The translations under genes were made by a program, and so were the position numbers. Below are positions 50,631-60,296 of a stretch of 64,000 nucleotides of DNA, piece by piece. The DNA lies in contig CACEXE010000004.1 in assembly GCA_902563435.1 (NCBI GenBank), positions 6,990-70,989 on the forward strand, read 5' to 3'. Under the pieces are notes generated by a model, which saw only the letters and a list, made by a program, of their open reading frames with translations, was not told the origin of the DNA and did no database searches. Numbering within the stretch: position 1 is the first letter of the stretch; the number at the start of each line of letters is the position of its first letter. This DNA is from an uncultured Pelagibacteraceae bacterium. GTDB taxonomy: Bacteria; Pseudomonadota; Alphaproteobacteria; Pelagibacterales; Pelagibacteraceae.

Positions 50631-51773
50631 ATGGATGGACCATTAAAAAATTTATTAGTTGTTGATTTAACAAGGGTTTTAGTAGGACCTTATTGTACAA
50701 TGATACTCTCAGATTTAGGTGCGAGAGTTATAAAGATTGAAGCACCTGAAATAGGAGACGACTCTAGAAAATTCGGACCTTTTGTAAAAGATTATTCTGC
50801 ATACTTCATGTCATTAAATAGAGGTAAAGAAAGCATAGCCTTAAACTTGAAAAACGAAGATGACAAAAATATTTTTGATAAAATTTTATCCAAAGCAGAT
50901 ATTTTAGTAGAAAATTTTAAGCCTGGCACATTAGATAAATGGGGTTTTGGTTGGAAAGATGTGAGTAAAAAATACCCTAAATTAATATATGCATCTGCGT
51001 CAGGTTTTGGACAAACCGGACCATTAAAAGAATTACCAGCATACGATATGGTAGTTCAAGGAATGGGTGGATTGATGAGTGTTACTGGTCATCCAAATTC
51101 TGAACCAACAAGAGTTGGAACTTCTATTGGAGACATTACTGCTGGTTTATTTACAGCAATTGGAATTAATGCAGCTTTATACGATAGACAAAAAACTGGC
51201 AAAGGAGCTTATATAGATGTCTCAATGTTAGATTGCCAAATAGCAATTTTAGAAAATGCAATTGCAAGGTATCTGTCCAAAAATGAAATTCCAGGGCCAA
51301 TGGGTTCAAGACATCCATCTATCGCTCCATTTGAAGCTTTTAAAACGAAAGATAGTTATATAATTATTGCTGCAGGGAATGATAAACTTTTTGCTAAACT
51401 TTGTGATGTTTTAAAAATTTCTGAGATTGCAAACGACAAAAGATTTAATTCCAATTCATTGAGATGCGAAAATATGGATCAATTAAAAGAAATTTTTGAA
51501 AAACAATTAGGTTCGAAATCTACCGATGAGTGGGTAAAAGAAATGGAGGAAATAAAAATTCCATGTGGACCAATTTTTAATATAAAACAAGCAGTAGAAA
51601 ACCCTCAAATTCAAGAAAGAAATATGATTGTAAAATCATACCACAAAATCATTGGTGAATTTAAATCTGCAGGAAACCCAATCAAAATGTCTTCCTATAA
51701 AGATGAAAATACAAGAGGTGATATCCCTGATTTAGATGAGCACAGGGAAAAAATAATAAAGGAATTTTGTTAA
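50631..51773 (+). CDS. Family III (CaiB/BaiF) CoA-transferase
   Basis: GP.....L.DLGA.VIKIE, NRGKES and ENFKPG motifs; catalytic Asp in IGD. Confidence 0.92.
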   Translation: MDGPLKNLLVVDLTRVLVGPYCTMILSDLGARVIKIEAPEIGDDSRKFGPFVKDYSAYFMSLNRGKESIALNLKNEDDKNIFDKILSKADILVENFKPGTLDKWGFGWKDVSKKYPKLIYASASGFGQTGPLKELPAYDMVVQGMGGLMSVTGHPNSEPTRVGTSIGDITAGLFTAIGINAALYDRQKTGKGAYIDVSMLDCQIAILENAIARYLSKNEIPGPMGSRHPSIAPFEAFKTKDSYIIIAAGNDKLFAKLCDVLKISEIANDKRFNSNSLRCENMDQLKEIFEKQLGSKSTDEWVKEMEEIKIPCGPIFNIKQAVENPQIQERNMIVKSYHKIIGEFKSAGNPIKMSSYKDENTRGDIPDLDEHREKIIKEFC

Positions 51774-51774
51774 T

Positions 51775-52293
51775 TTATTCTTGATTTTCTGTTTCATCAG
51801 AAACAGACTCTTCTTGATCTTGCATTTCATCTAAGGAAACATCAACCTGTTCTTCTTGTGCTTCTTCAACAGGATCAGATGAGGGTTGTTCAGCTGTATT
51901 TTGTAGCTCAGCCAAATCATCTTTTGAAACTTGAATTTTTTCTGGAATTTTTCTAGCTCTTTTAGATGGAAGGATTGGGACTCCACTCTTTGAAATTTCT
52001 CCTTTGTAAAGATTTTCAAAATCATCACCAATATCATCTTCGTCTTCTGAAGTGTCGTCTATTTGCTCAACATGTTTTCTTAATTTGTAAACTGCAGCTT
52101 CTGTTAAATCTGGAACTTTAATTGTTTCTTCAGCAATTTCTCTTAATGCTATAACTGTATTTTTATCGTTATCTCTATCTAGTGTTGGTTCTAATCCTGA
52201 ATTAAGTTGTGTTGCTCTTTCTTTCGCAACCAACACTAATTCATAAGGACTGTCTACTTTATCAATACAATCTTCAACTGTAACTCTTGCCAT
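51775..52293 (-). CDS. rpoZ: RNA polymerase omega subunit with acidic C-terminal extension
   Basis: MARVTVEDC and [12 protein letters not shown] motifs. Confidence 0.95.
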   Translation of the reverse strand: MARVTVEDCIDKVDSPYELVLVAKERATQLNSGLEPTLDRDNDKNTVIALREIAEETIKVPDLTEAAVYKLRKHVEQIDDTSEDEDDIGDDFENLYKGEISKSGVPILPSKRARKIPEKIQVSKDDLAELQNTAEQPSSDPVEEAQEEQVDVSLDEMQDQEESVSDETENQE

Positions 52294-52335
52294 GGACGGT
52301 TAGATACACCCCGAATTTAAAAAAATCAAGCAGTA

Positions 52336-53544
52336 TTAGAGATAAACTGGATTTAATTTTTTTCTAATAGTGAAAAGTAAGACTATAGAGCATGCAATTG
52401 CAATTGCAGCAATTAAGGCGATTTTTTCAATTGAAAATCCAGTATCAATAAAAAAACCAAATAATGCTGTTCCAAAAGCAGTTGCAAATACCATTAAAGC
52501 AGTAGTTAAGGCTTTAATAGATCCAATATATTTTACCCCATAAATTTCTGCCCACGTTGATGATCCTAATAAGTTAGCTAGACCGTTTGATATTCCAACC
52601 AATCCAAGAAATAAAAAAGCAGTTTGTGGAGCATCAAAATATATGATCACTAAAGTTCCTAAGAATAATGGAATATTCATATAGATTAGTAATTTTCTAC
52701 TTGTAAACTTATCAATTAAATAACCTGCAACAATTAAAGTAATTACAGAAAAAATCGAGTAAGACATAAAAGATTGCGCAATTGTATATTCACCCCATCC
52801 TTTTGAATTAGTGACAAATGATTGATATACAAATACTCCTGTTGCTATCCAGGGCATTGCCAACATATTTAATGAAACAATATAAAACCTATAATCCTTA
52901 AGAACTTCAATTCTTTTCCAGTTTTTAATATTATCCTCTTTTAGTTTTTCATTTTGGTTGCTCTCTCTAGTGTCTAATTTCACATCTTTAACTAAAATGT
53001 AAGATGCTAAAGGTAAAAAAATTAAAACTATTAAAGAAAAGATTACCCATAAATCTTGCCAAATAATCATTGTTAAGAGATAAACAATTAATACAGGCAT
53101 TATAAATTCTGCTGAAGATAGACCAAACCAAATAATACTTAACGCTTTACCTCTAGATTTTGTAAAATATCTTGAAATAGTAGTTGAAGCTGTATGAGAC
53201 ATTAATCCTTGCCCAGAGAATCTCATTAAAAAAATTGCAACAAATAGAAAAGCTACTGATGATGTTTTGGAAAAGAAAAAAGAGGAAAAAGATAAAAGTA
53301 TCGTAACAAAGATTGCAAACTTTATCACATTTACATCATCAATTTTTTTTCCAATCCAAATAAGAAGCAAACTACTAAATAGAGTTGCAGATGCATAAAT
53401 CGTGCCAAATTGTCCATGTGTTATAGAAAGTGTTTCTCTTATACTAGAATTAAACAGTCCTATAAAAAAACTCTGTCCAAAACACGAAAAAAATGTAAAA
53501 ATAAAACCAAAAATAATTACTTTTAAACTTAAACTTTTAAACAT
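52336..53544 (-). CDS. MFS transporter
   Basis: 12-TM pattern; G..ID motifs in both halves. Confidence 0.85.
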   Translation of the reverse strand: MFKSLSLKVIIFGFIFTFFSCFGQSFFIGLFNSSIRETLSITHGQFGTIYASATLFSSLLLIWIGKKIDDVNVIKFAIFVTILLSFSSFFFSKTSSVAFLFVAIFLMRFSGQGLMSHTASTTISRYFTKSRGKALSIIWFGLSSAEFIMPVLIVYLLTMIIWQDLWVIFSLIVLIFLPLASYILVKDVKLDTRESNQNEKLKEDNIKNWKRIEVLKDYRFYIVSLNMLAMPWIATGVFVYQSFVTNSKGWGEYTIAQSFMSYSIFSVITLIVAGYLIDKFTSRKLLIYMNIPLFLGTLVIIYFDAPQTAFLFLGLVGISNGLANLLGSSTWAEIYGVKYIGSIKALTTALMVFATAFGTALFGFFIDTGFSIEKIALIAAIAIACSIVLLFTIRKKLNPVYL

Positions 53545-53555
53545 ATAAATAATTT

Positions 53556-54431
53556 ATGACTTGTAATGTTGCTTTCATAGGTCTCGGGGTAATGGGTTAT
53601 CCGATGGCTGGTTATATATCAAAAGCTGGCCACAATGTAACTGTTTTTAATAGAACAACTGCCAAAGCTGAGAAATGGATTTCTGAATATAAAGGTAAAA
53701 TGGCTTCTACACCAAAAGAAGCTGCAGAAGGTGCTGATTTTATTTTTACTTGTGTAGGTAACGATGAGGATTTAAAACAAGTTACTTTAGGTGAGAATGG
53801 ATTATTTCATAGTGCTAAAGAGGGATCGATATACGTAGATAATTCAACTGTGTCTGCAGAAGTATCTAGAGAACTTTATAATAAAGCTAAAGAAAAAGGA
53901 TTTGCTTTTTTAGATGCACCAATTTCTGGAGGTCAATCTGGAGCTGAAGGTGGAATATTAACAGTTATGGTCGGTGGTGATGAAGAAGCTTTTAAAAAAG
54001 CAGAACCAGTAATTGATTGCTATAGTAAAAAAGTAAAATTAATTGGTCAATCAGGAAGTGGCCAACTTACAAAAATGATGAATCAAATGTGTATTGCAGG
54101 AGTTGTGCAAGGTTTATCTGAGGCTATTAACTTTGGAATAAATGCTGGATTAGATATTGATAAAGTTATGGAAACGATTTCAAAAGGAGCAGCTCAATCT
54201 TGGCAAATGGAAAATAGATATAAAACTATGGTTGTAGATAAATTTGATTACGGTTTTGCAGTTGACTGGATGAGAAAAGATCTAAAAATTGTAATTGAAG
54301 AAGCAAAAAGAAATGGTTCACCAGTTCCAATTACTGAAATAGTTGATGAGTATTATGCAGATGTTCAAAAAATGGGTGGCAATCGTTGGGATAGCTCTAG
54401 TCTGATTGCTAGACTTAAAAAAAAGAAATAA
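53556..54431 (+). CDS. NAD(P)-dependent beta-hydroxyacid dehydrogenase
   Basis: GLGVMG, DAPISGG, K..NQ and KDL motifs. Confidence 0.9.
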   Translation: MTCNVAFIGLGVMGYPMAGYISKAGHNVTVFNRTTAKAEKWISEYKGKMASTPKEAAEGADFIFTCVGNDEDLKQVTLGENGLFHSAKEGSIYVDNSTVSAEVSRELYNKAKEKGFAFLDAPISGGQSGAEGGILTVMVGGDEEAFKKAEPVIDCYSKKVKLIGQSGSGQLTKMMNQMCIAGVVQGLSEAINFGINAGLDIDKVMETISKGAAQSWQMENRYKTMVVDKFDYGFAVDWMRKDLKIVIEEAKRNGSPVPITEIVDEYYADVQKMGGNRWDSSSLIARLKKKK

Positions 54432-54435
54432 TCCT

Positions 54436-55041
54436 ATGTCAAATACTGTCCCATACTATGAGGACTTTTCTGAAATAAAGAAAAAAATTTGGTCAATGCT
54501 TGATGATGCAGTTACCAATAGATCATCACCTTTTCGAATTCCAGTTTTTGTTTGTGGAGATCAATCAGACTTTGATGGAAGGATTGTAGTTCTTAGAAAA
54601 TCAGATCAATCAAATAATCTAATTCAATTTCATAGTGATATTAGATCTGATAAAATTCCAAAGTTAAAAAAAAACAACAGTGCAGCACTTATATTTTATG
54701 ATAAAGAGGAAAAGATTCAGCTTAGGGTTAAAGTTAAATGTGTTGTCAATCATAATAATGAAATAACTGAGCAATCATGGTCAAAAACTGCTCATGTGAG
54801 TCGAAAATGTTACTTAGTAAACAATGGACCTGGAACAGAAACGGATGAACCAAGCTCAGGTTTAAGTGAAGATATTGAAAAGTCTGGCTTTACAATGGAA
54901 CAAAGTGAAGAAGGTTATAAAAACTTTACAGTAATACAATGTAAAATTGAAAGCATTGAATGGCTTTATCTCGCAGCAAAAGGTCATAGAAGAGCAAGAT
55001 TTGATATTACAAATGATAATCAAAACTGGCTAATTCCGTAA
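54436..55041 (+). CDS. Pyridoxamine 5'-phosphate oxidase-like FMN-binding protein
   Basis: RIVVLR, D.RS.K, QLR and H.R motifs; ATG 54436 preferred. Confidence 0.8.
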   Translation: MSNTVPYYEDFSEIKKKIWSMLDDAVTNRSSPFRIPVFVCGDQSDFDGRIVVLRKSDQSNNLIQFHSDIRSDKIPKLKKNNSAALIFYDKEEKIQLRVKVKCVVNHNNEITEQSWSKTAHVSRKCYLVNNGPGTETDEPSSGLSEDIEKSGFTMEQSEEGYKNFTVIQCKIESIEWLYLAAKGHRRARFDITNDNQNWLIP

Positions 55042-55043
55042 AA

Positions 55044-55247
55044 ATGTTAAGTGGACTTATTATTGCTGTAGCTCTCGTTTTGGGTGGATTAGCTGTAATG
55101 AGGTTTGGTATATTTCAAATAAGAAAATTTAAAAAAGGTGAAACTAAAGTCACAAAAAAAGTTAGTGAACAAATAGCTTTTTTAATATTTTTTGTGATTA
55201 TTTTAGGGTTAATTCTTTATTCTGTTAATGATTTGCTTTTAGGATAA
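55044..55247 (+). CDS. Small 2-TM membrane protein
   Basis: Two hydrophobic segments around a basic loop; 2 nt after the previous stop. Confidence 0.55.
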   Translation: MLSGLIIAVALVLGGLAVMRFGIFQIRKFKKGETKVTKKVSEQIAFLIFFVIILGLILYSVNDLLLG

Positions 55248-55248
55248 A

Positions 55249-56238
55249 TTAGTTTTCCTGATAAATGTTTAACTCATCCTCCCAAGATGCAATAACATCC
55301 CTTCTAGCATAAAAACATTGATATCCAATACCTTCTTCAGGTTCAAATTTTATATAATCATGTTTAGTAACTTTCCATTTATCTTTTGAAAGGCAAGTTA
55401 ATTCAAATGGGTCAAAAGGAGTGTCTGAAGTGGGAGTGAAATAAACACTATCTTGCATATCTGGACAGCTTTCAATGTCATGACCCCAATAATCGTCATT
55501 CTTTGGATCTAAAGCGTGATTTGTTCCATCGCCTGACCTGCTCATCATATCTTTTGTTTTTTTAGTGTTATGTCCTTCAATATAATTTGGTGAACATGTA
55601 TAAATTCCTCCCATAGCATGCAAAACCTCGTGTAAAATAAAATATCCAACCTCTTTGTTGTTAAGTGACCACTTTTTTTGATGTTTGGAAAATACATTAA
55701 ATATTGGAAATCCACCAGAAAATGGCCAATCCTTATAACTAAAGTCTCCAAAGTTAAAATAAATTTTTTTAGGATTATTCATACCATTGTTAATTATAGA
55801 TCTTCCGAATACATTTGCACAACTTCCCCATTTTGATTTTTTCATATCTTTTTTGGTTCTATTAACTCTAAGAAACGTAATATCCAGATTTCCATCCTCG
55901 CGTCTATCCCATTTTAATTTCTGACCTTCACCATTATTAAAATTTGATTTTTTATTTGCTTTTGCAGTTTTCTTCAAAATCCAATTATCTGCAATTTCTA
56001 TCCATTTTTCTAGATCTCCATTTATATCCCCTTCTTTATCTTTAGAATCCTTTAATAAAGTGTAAACAATATGAACTTGAAAATCATCATTAACATCTGG
56101 TTGATCCTCAAAAAATCTGCCCGGTTTTTTATCGCTATCTAAAATTACTGCAGTTGTGTTACTATCATAGCATTTATCAGCATATGCATTTGAAATTATT
56201 AAAATTAATGAAATAAGTATTATTAATATCTTTTTCAT
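55249..56238 (-). CDS. Secreted HEXXH zinc-metallopeptidase-like protein
   Basis: Signal peptide; HEVLHAMG...H...DMM motif. Confidence 0.6.
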   Translation of the reverse strand: MKKILIILISLILIISNAYADKCYDSNTTAVILDSDKKPGRFFEDQPDVNDDFQVHIVYTLLKDSKDKEGDINGDLEKWIEIADNWILKKTAKANKKSNFNNGEGQKLKWDRREDGNLDITFLRVNRTKKDMKKSKWGSCANVFGRSIINNGMNNPKKIYFNFGDFSYKDWPFSGGFPIFNVFSKHQKKWSLNNKEVGYFILHEVLHAMGGIYTCSPNYIEGHNTKKTKDMMSRSGDGTNHALDPKNDDYWGHDIESCPDMQDSVYFTPTSDTPFDPFELTCLSKDKWKVTKHDYIKFEPEEGIGYQCFYARRDVIASWEDELNIYQEN

Positions 56239-56240
56239 CT

Positions 56241-57107
56241 CTAGAGATTATTGAAATCTTTATATCTATTATATGTACACCAAGTTCTTTTTTTTTTAAT
56301 TTTTTTTAATTTTTTATGAGAATATCTTTCTCTCCATTCATAATTACTATCAGGAGAAATACCTCGACCAACTTCTGCAGCCATTGCACATTTTAAGTAA
56401 ACAGGATTAAATGGTGTACTAGAAGTCGGGTCTAAAAAGACAGAATCTTTAAAATCAGGACAAGTAGGATCTTTATGATTATACAATGATGAGCCTAAAT
56501 TATACTTGTCTCCCCCGTCAGGCCCTCCAATTATTGTTCCAGACTTGTGTGATTTTTTAGCTCCTTTTGTGCATGGCCAAGCAAATCCATTTACATGCAT
56601 TAATTCATGTAAGGTAATTAGAATTCTTTTATTTTTACTTCGGTTATGTTTACTTTTTAAAAAAATATATCCATGATGCACGCTCCCTTGTCCACCATCC
56701 CTATGCCCTACATCTACCCATGCAAAATACAATTTATTTGGACTATTAAATCCTAATTTTGTTAAATAAGCGTCAGGATAGTTCATTCCATAATTTCCTT
56801 CATATTGTTTATCAAACCTAACAAAAGAAATATCCATTTTTCCATCTTCCCTCATGTCATATCTAAATTTTTGCTTACCCTTTGTCATTTTGAGCATTTT
56901 TTCATTGGCCTCTAATAATTCCTTCTCCATTTTTCCATTGATATCCCATTCTCTATCCTCGCTATCTTTGTTTAAGAGATAAATAAAATGAACTTGAGGT
57001 TCATCAGTAACATCTGGTTGATCTACAAAATATCTTTCAGGTTTTTCGTCTGATGCAAAAACAGCATTTGAAAATAGGGAAAAAACTATTATTAATATTT
57101 TAATCAT
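56241..57107 (-). CDS. Secreted HEXXH protein, paralog of 55249-56238
   Basis: Signal peptide; HELMHVNG...H; shared DQPDV, QVH, DING and CPD..DSV blocks. Confidence 0.6.
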   Translation of the reverse strand: MIKILIIVFSLFSNAVFASDEKPERYFVDQPDVTDEPQVHFIYLLNKDSEDREWDINGKMEKELLEANEKMLKMTKGKQKFRYDMREDGKMDISFVRFDKQYEGNYGMNYPDAYLTKLGFNSPNKLYFAWVDVGHRDGGQGSVHHGYIFLKSKHNRSKNKRILITLHELMHVNGFAWPCTKGAKKSHKSGTIIGGPDGGDKYNLGSSLYNHKDPTCPDFKDSVFLDPTSSTPFNPVYLKCAMAAEVGRGISPDSNYEWRERYSHKKLKKIKKKRTWCTYNRYKDFNNL

Positions 57108-57694
57108 TTAGATATTTTTTTATCATTTAATCCTACCATCGCTTTTCCTGGAGAAAAAGTATAATCATTATCATCCATTAATTTACCGTTTTTCATATTA
57201 TATAATTTCCAATTAAATTTTATGCTGCTATTTTGTTTTTTTCCTAATTTTAAAATTGTTAATTCAATTTTTCTAGGTTTCCCTCCAGAAGACCCTTCAA
57301 AAGACCTAGTTTCTCCCTCTTTCCAAATTCCCAAGGGAAATTTACATCCATTTTCAATTATTCTACTACCACGTCTACTATCCCAAATTCTTCCTATGCA
57401 TTGTCCATCGTTAGTTATAGTAAATAGTTGGGTTTTGAGACCACTTTGCCCTTTTCTTGTTCTTTTATAAACTTTTATTTTTTCCCCAGTTTCTGGATGA
57501 TGCCAATCTTCAGGACCTATAATTTCCTTTTTTTTCTTTTCGCCAAATACCAAATTAGCTTTTGTAAATTTAATTTCTGTATCATTTCTAATTTTTCCAC
57601 CTGTGAAAAGCTCTAAAGGTATAAATCTTTCAAAAGCCTGGGAGAATTGAGTTGATAAAACTAATATTAATAAACTATAAAAAAGTTTTTTCAT
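57104..57694 (-). CDS. Secreted hypothetical protein
   Basis: Signal peptide from ATG 57694 (TAATG overlap with the gamma-CA stop). Confidence 0.6.
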   Translation of the reverse strand: MKKLFYSLLILVLSTQFSQAFERFIPLELFTGGKIRNDTEIKFTKANLVFGEKKKKEIIGPEDWHHPETGEKIKVYKRTRKGQSGLKTQLFTITNDGQCIGRIWDSRRGSRIIENGCKFPLGIWKEGETRSFEGSSGGKPRKIELTILKLGKKQNSSIKFNWKLYNMKNGKLMDDNDYTFSPGKAMVGLNDKKISK

Positions 57695-58206
57695 TAAAAT
57701 ATAGACTTTGAATATTTTTTCCAATTTTCTTGGTACCTAATTGCGTTTTGTTTAATTGCATCAATTTCGTCTTCAGTACACTGCCTTATTACTTTTCCAG
57801 GCGATCCAATTACTAAAGAATTGTCTGGAATTTCTTTATTTTCTGTAATTAATGATTTTGCTCCAATGATACAATTTTTTCCAATTTTTGCTTTATTGAG
57901 AACTACAGCTCCAATACCAATTAAAGAATTGTCATCAATCGTGCAGCCATGAAGCATTACTAAATGACCTATTGTTACATTTTTTCCAATTATTAATGGA
58001 TAACCTGGGTCAGTATGCAAAACACTTCCATCTTGAACATTTGACCCTTCTCCTAAATGAATGTTTTCTATATCACCTCTTAATGTTGCATTAAACCAGA
58101 CACTAGAGTTTTTATCTAATGTTACATCACCAATTATAACAGCGTTTGGTGCCACCCAATTTTCGCCAAGGTTTTTTGGTTTTTTATCTTTTAAATCGTA
58201 AAACAT
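57694..58206 (-). CDS. Gamma carbonic anhydrase family (YrdA/PaaY-like)
   Basis: LRGD, NVQD...H and GH...LHGC hexapeptide repeats. Confidence 0.9.
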   Translation of the reverse strand: MFYDLKDKKPKNLGENWVAPNAVIIGDVTLDKNSSVWFNATLRGDIENIHLGEGSNVQDGSVLHTDPGYPLIIGKNVTIGHLVMLHGCTIDDNSLIGIGAVVLNKAKIGKNCIIGAKSLITENKEIPDNSLVIGSPGKVIRQCTEDEIDAIKQNAIRYQENWKKYSKSIF

Positions 58207-58226
58207 AAATTATATAGTCTTTTAAC

Positions 58227-58778
58227 ATGGCATTAACTAAAACACCAATATGTGACTTCGGTAAAAAAGCTGATAACTTTGAACTTAAATCTATAGACAA
58301 TAAAATAATTTCCTTGAATGATGCAAAGGGTGAAAACGGAACATTAATTATGTTTATATGTAATCACTGCCCATATGTATTAGCTGTAATAAATGATGTT
58401 GTTGAAGATTGTAAAGAATTAGAAAATGATGGGATTAAATCTATAGCAATAATGTCAAATGACCCAAAAAGATATGAAGAAGACTCATTTGATAACATGA
58501 TTAAATTTTCAAAAAATCATAATTTTAATTTTCCATATGTAATAGATGAAACTCAAGAAGTAGCAAAAACTTATGGCGCAGTCTGTACTCCAGATTTTTT
58601 TGGTTATAATAAAAATCTCGAACTTCAATATAGAGGAAGAATAAGAGAATTAAAAAATTTAAAACCTATTGAGACTGGTGATAGTGAACTTAAAAATGCT
58701 ATGAAAATGATAGCACAAACTAACAATGGTCCAAATGAACAATTTCCTAGTATGGGCTGTAGTATTAAATGGTTTTAA
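58227..58778 (+). CDS. Thioredoxin/AhpC-TSA family protein
   Basis: CNHCPY, CTPDFF and GCSIKW motifs. Confidence 0.88.
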   Translation: MALTKTPICDFGKKADNFELKSIDNKIISLNDAKGENGTLIMFICNHCPYVLAVINDVVEDCKELENDGIKSIAIMSNDPKRYEEDSFDNMIKFSKNHNFNFPYVIDETQEVAKTYGAVCTPDFFGYNKNLELQYRGRIRELKNLKPIETGDSELKNAMKMIAQTNNGPNEQFPSMGCSIKWF

Positions 58779-58784
58779 TAATTA

Positions 58785-59867
58785 ATGTATTTAGTAATAA
58801 CTAGAACTTTTCCTCCTGAATTAGGAGGTATGCAAAATCTCATGTGGGGATTAGCAAGGTCTCTTTCAAAACTTAATCTTACAAAGGTTTTTGCAGACTA
58901 TCATGAAAATCATGTAGAGTTTGATAATTCAGTTTCATTTTCAATTGAAAGAATAGGTGGAATGAAGCTAATTAGAAAATATAGAAAATCATATATGATT
59001 AATGATTATCTTGAAAATAATAAAAATGTGGAATGTTTAATTGCTGATCATTGGAAAAGTTTAGAATTAATCAAAACAAATAAAAAAAAAATTTGTCTAA
59101 TTCATTCAAAGGAAATAAATCACTCTAAAGGCTCTGGATTAAATAAGAAAGTACTATCTGTTCTAAATAATGTTGACCATGTCGTTGCAAATTCAAATTA
59201 TACAAAAAACTTAGCTATAGATCTTGGAGTGGATGAAAGAAAAATAGTTGTTATTAATCCAGGTGTTGATCCAGTAGTTGAAGTTCCAAAAAAATATTTG
59301 GATGAAGCTGAAGAAATATTAAAAGGAAAGAAAAATAGAATAATTACAGTATCAAGATTTGATAAAAGAAAAAATCATGAAAAAGTAATTATGGCTGTTA
59401 GAAACTTAAAAGAAATCTACCCTGATATTACTTATACTTGCATTGGATATGGCGATGAAGAAGAGAAATTAAAAAAACTAGTAATTGAATTGAAATTGGA
59501 AGATCAAGTCACCTTTTTAAAAGATGTACCTTCAAATTTAAAAAATGCTCTTGTATTAAAGTCACATATTTTTGTAATGCCTTCAATAATTTATAAAAAA
59601 TCTGTTGAAGGTTTTGGTATTGCTTATGTAGAAGCTGCACAATATGGCGTTCCGTCAATTGGTGGGAAAGATGGAGGAGCCTCAGATGCAATAATTCACG
59701 AAAAAACTGGTTTGATATGTGATGGAAATAAACTTGAGGATATATATTCAAGTATAGATAACCTTTTTAAAAATAATAAGTATTTAGAATACGGAAAAGA
59801 AGCAAAAAATAATTCTGAAAACTTTCTTTGGGATAAGGCAATTGAAAAATATAAGAGAATCTTATAA
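58785..59867 (+). CDS. GT4 glycosyltransferase (PimB-like)
   Basis: FPP..GG, RK and EGFGIAYVEA motifs. Confidence 0.88.
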   Translation: MYLVITRTFPPELGGMQNLMWGLARSLSKLNLTKVFADYHENHVEFDNSVSFSIERIGGMKLIRKYRKSYMINDYLENNKNVECLIADHWKSLELIKTNKKKICLIHSKEINHSKGSGLNKKVLSVLNNVDHVVANSNYTKNLAIDLGVDERKIVVINPGVDPVVEVPKKYLDEAEEILKGKKNRIITVSRFDKRKNHEKVIMAVRNLKEIYPDITYTCIGYGDEEEKLKKLVIELKLEDQVTFLKDVPSNLKNALVLKSHIFVMPSIIYKKSVEGFGIAYVEAAQYGVPSIGGKDGGASDAIIHEKTGLICDGNKLEDIYSSIDNLFKNNKYLEYGKEAKNNSENFLWDKAIEKYKRIL

Positions 59868-59876
59868 TATAATTTT

Positions 59877-60296
59877 ATGATTGCTAAATTTAATAACATT
59901 TTCTACTTAATTATATTTCTTGCGCATTTTATAGCGATAACCGCATATTGTTTTCAAACAATTGTTGGAACCAAAAAATTTATGGATAAGTTTGGTATAG
60001 ATCATAGTGCGGCTGTAATGGTTAGATTTGTTGGAGCGCTAATGCTTGGTTGGGTAATAATGGCTATTTATATAATGTTTGTTAGACCAAATGGAGTTGA
60101 AGGTACTTGGGCATTTTTTAATTTAATATTTATTATACATGCATGCGTTTTAGGAACAAATTTCTACTCGCTTAAGATTGATAAAACTGGTCTTAATGAA
60201 AAAGTTACAAATGAAGGGATTATAGCGCCTGCAGTTTTTTTAATTATGATGGCTATACTATGTTACGGTTTGTCAGATAAAATTTATATTACTTAG
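59877..60296 (+). CDS. 4-TM membrane protein
   Basis: Hydrophobic pattern; operon position. Confidence 0.6.
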   Translation: MIAKFNNIFYLIIFLAHFIAITAYCFQTIVGTKKFMDKFGIDHSAAVMVRFVGALMLGWVIMAIYIMFVRPNGVEGTWAFFNLIFIIHACVLGTNFYSLKIDKTGLNEKVTNEGIIAPAVFLIMMAILCYGLSDKIYIT

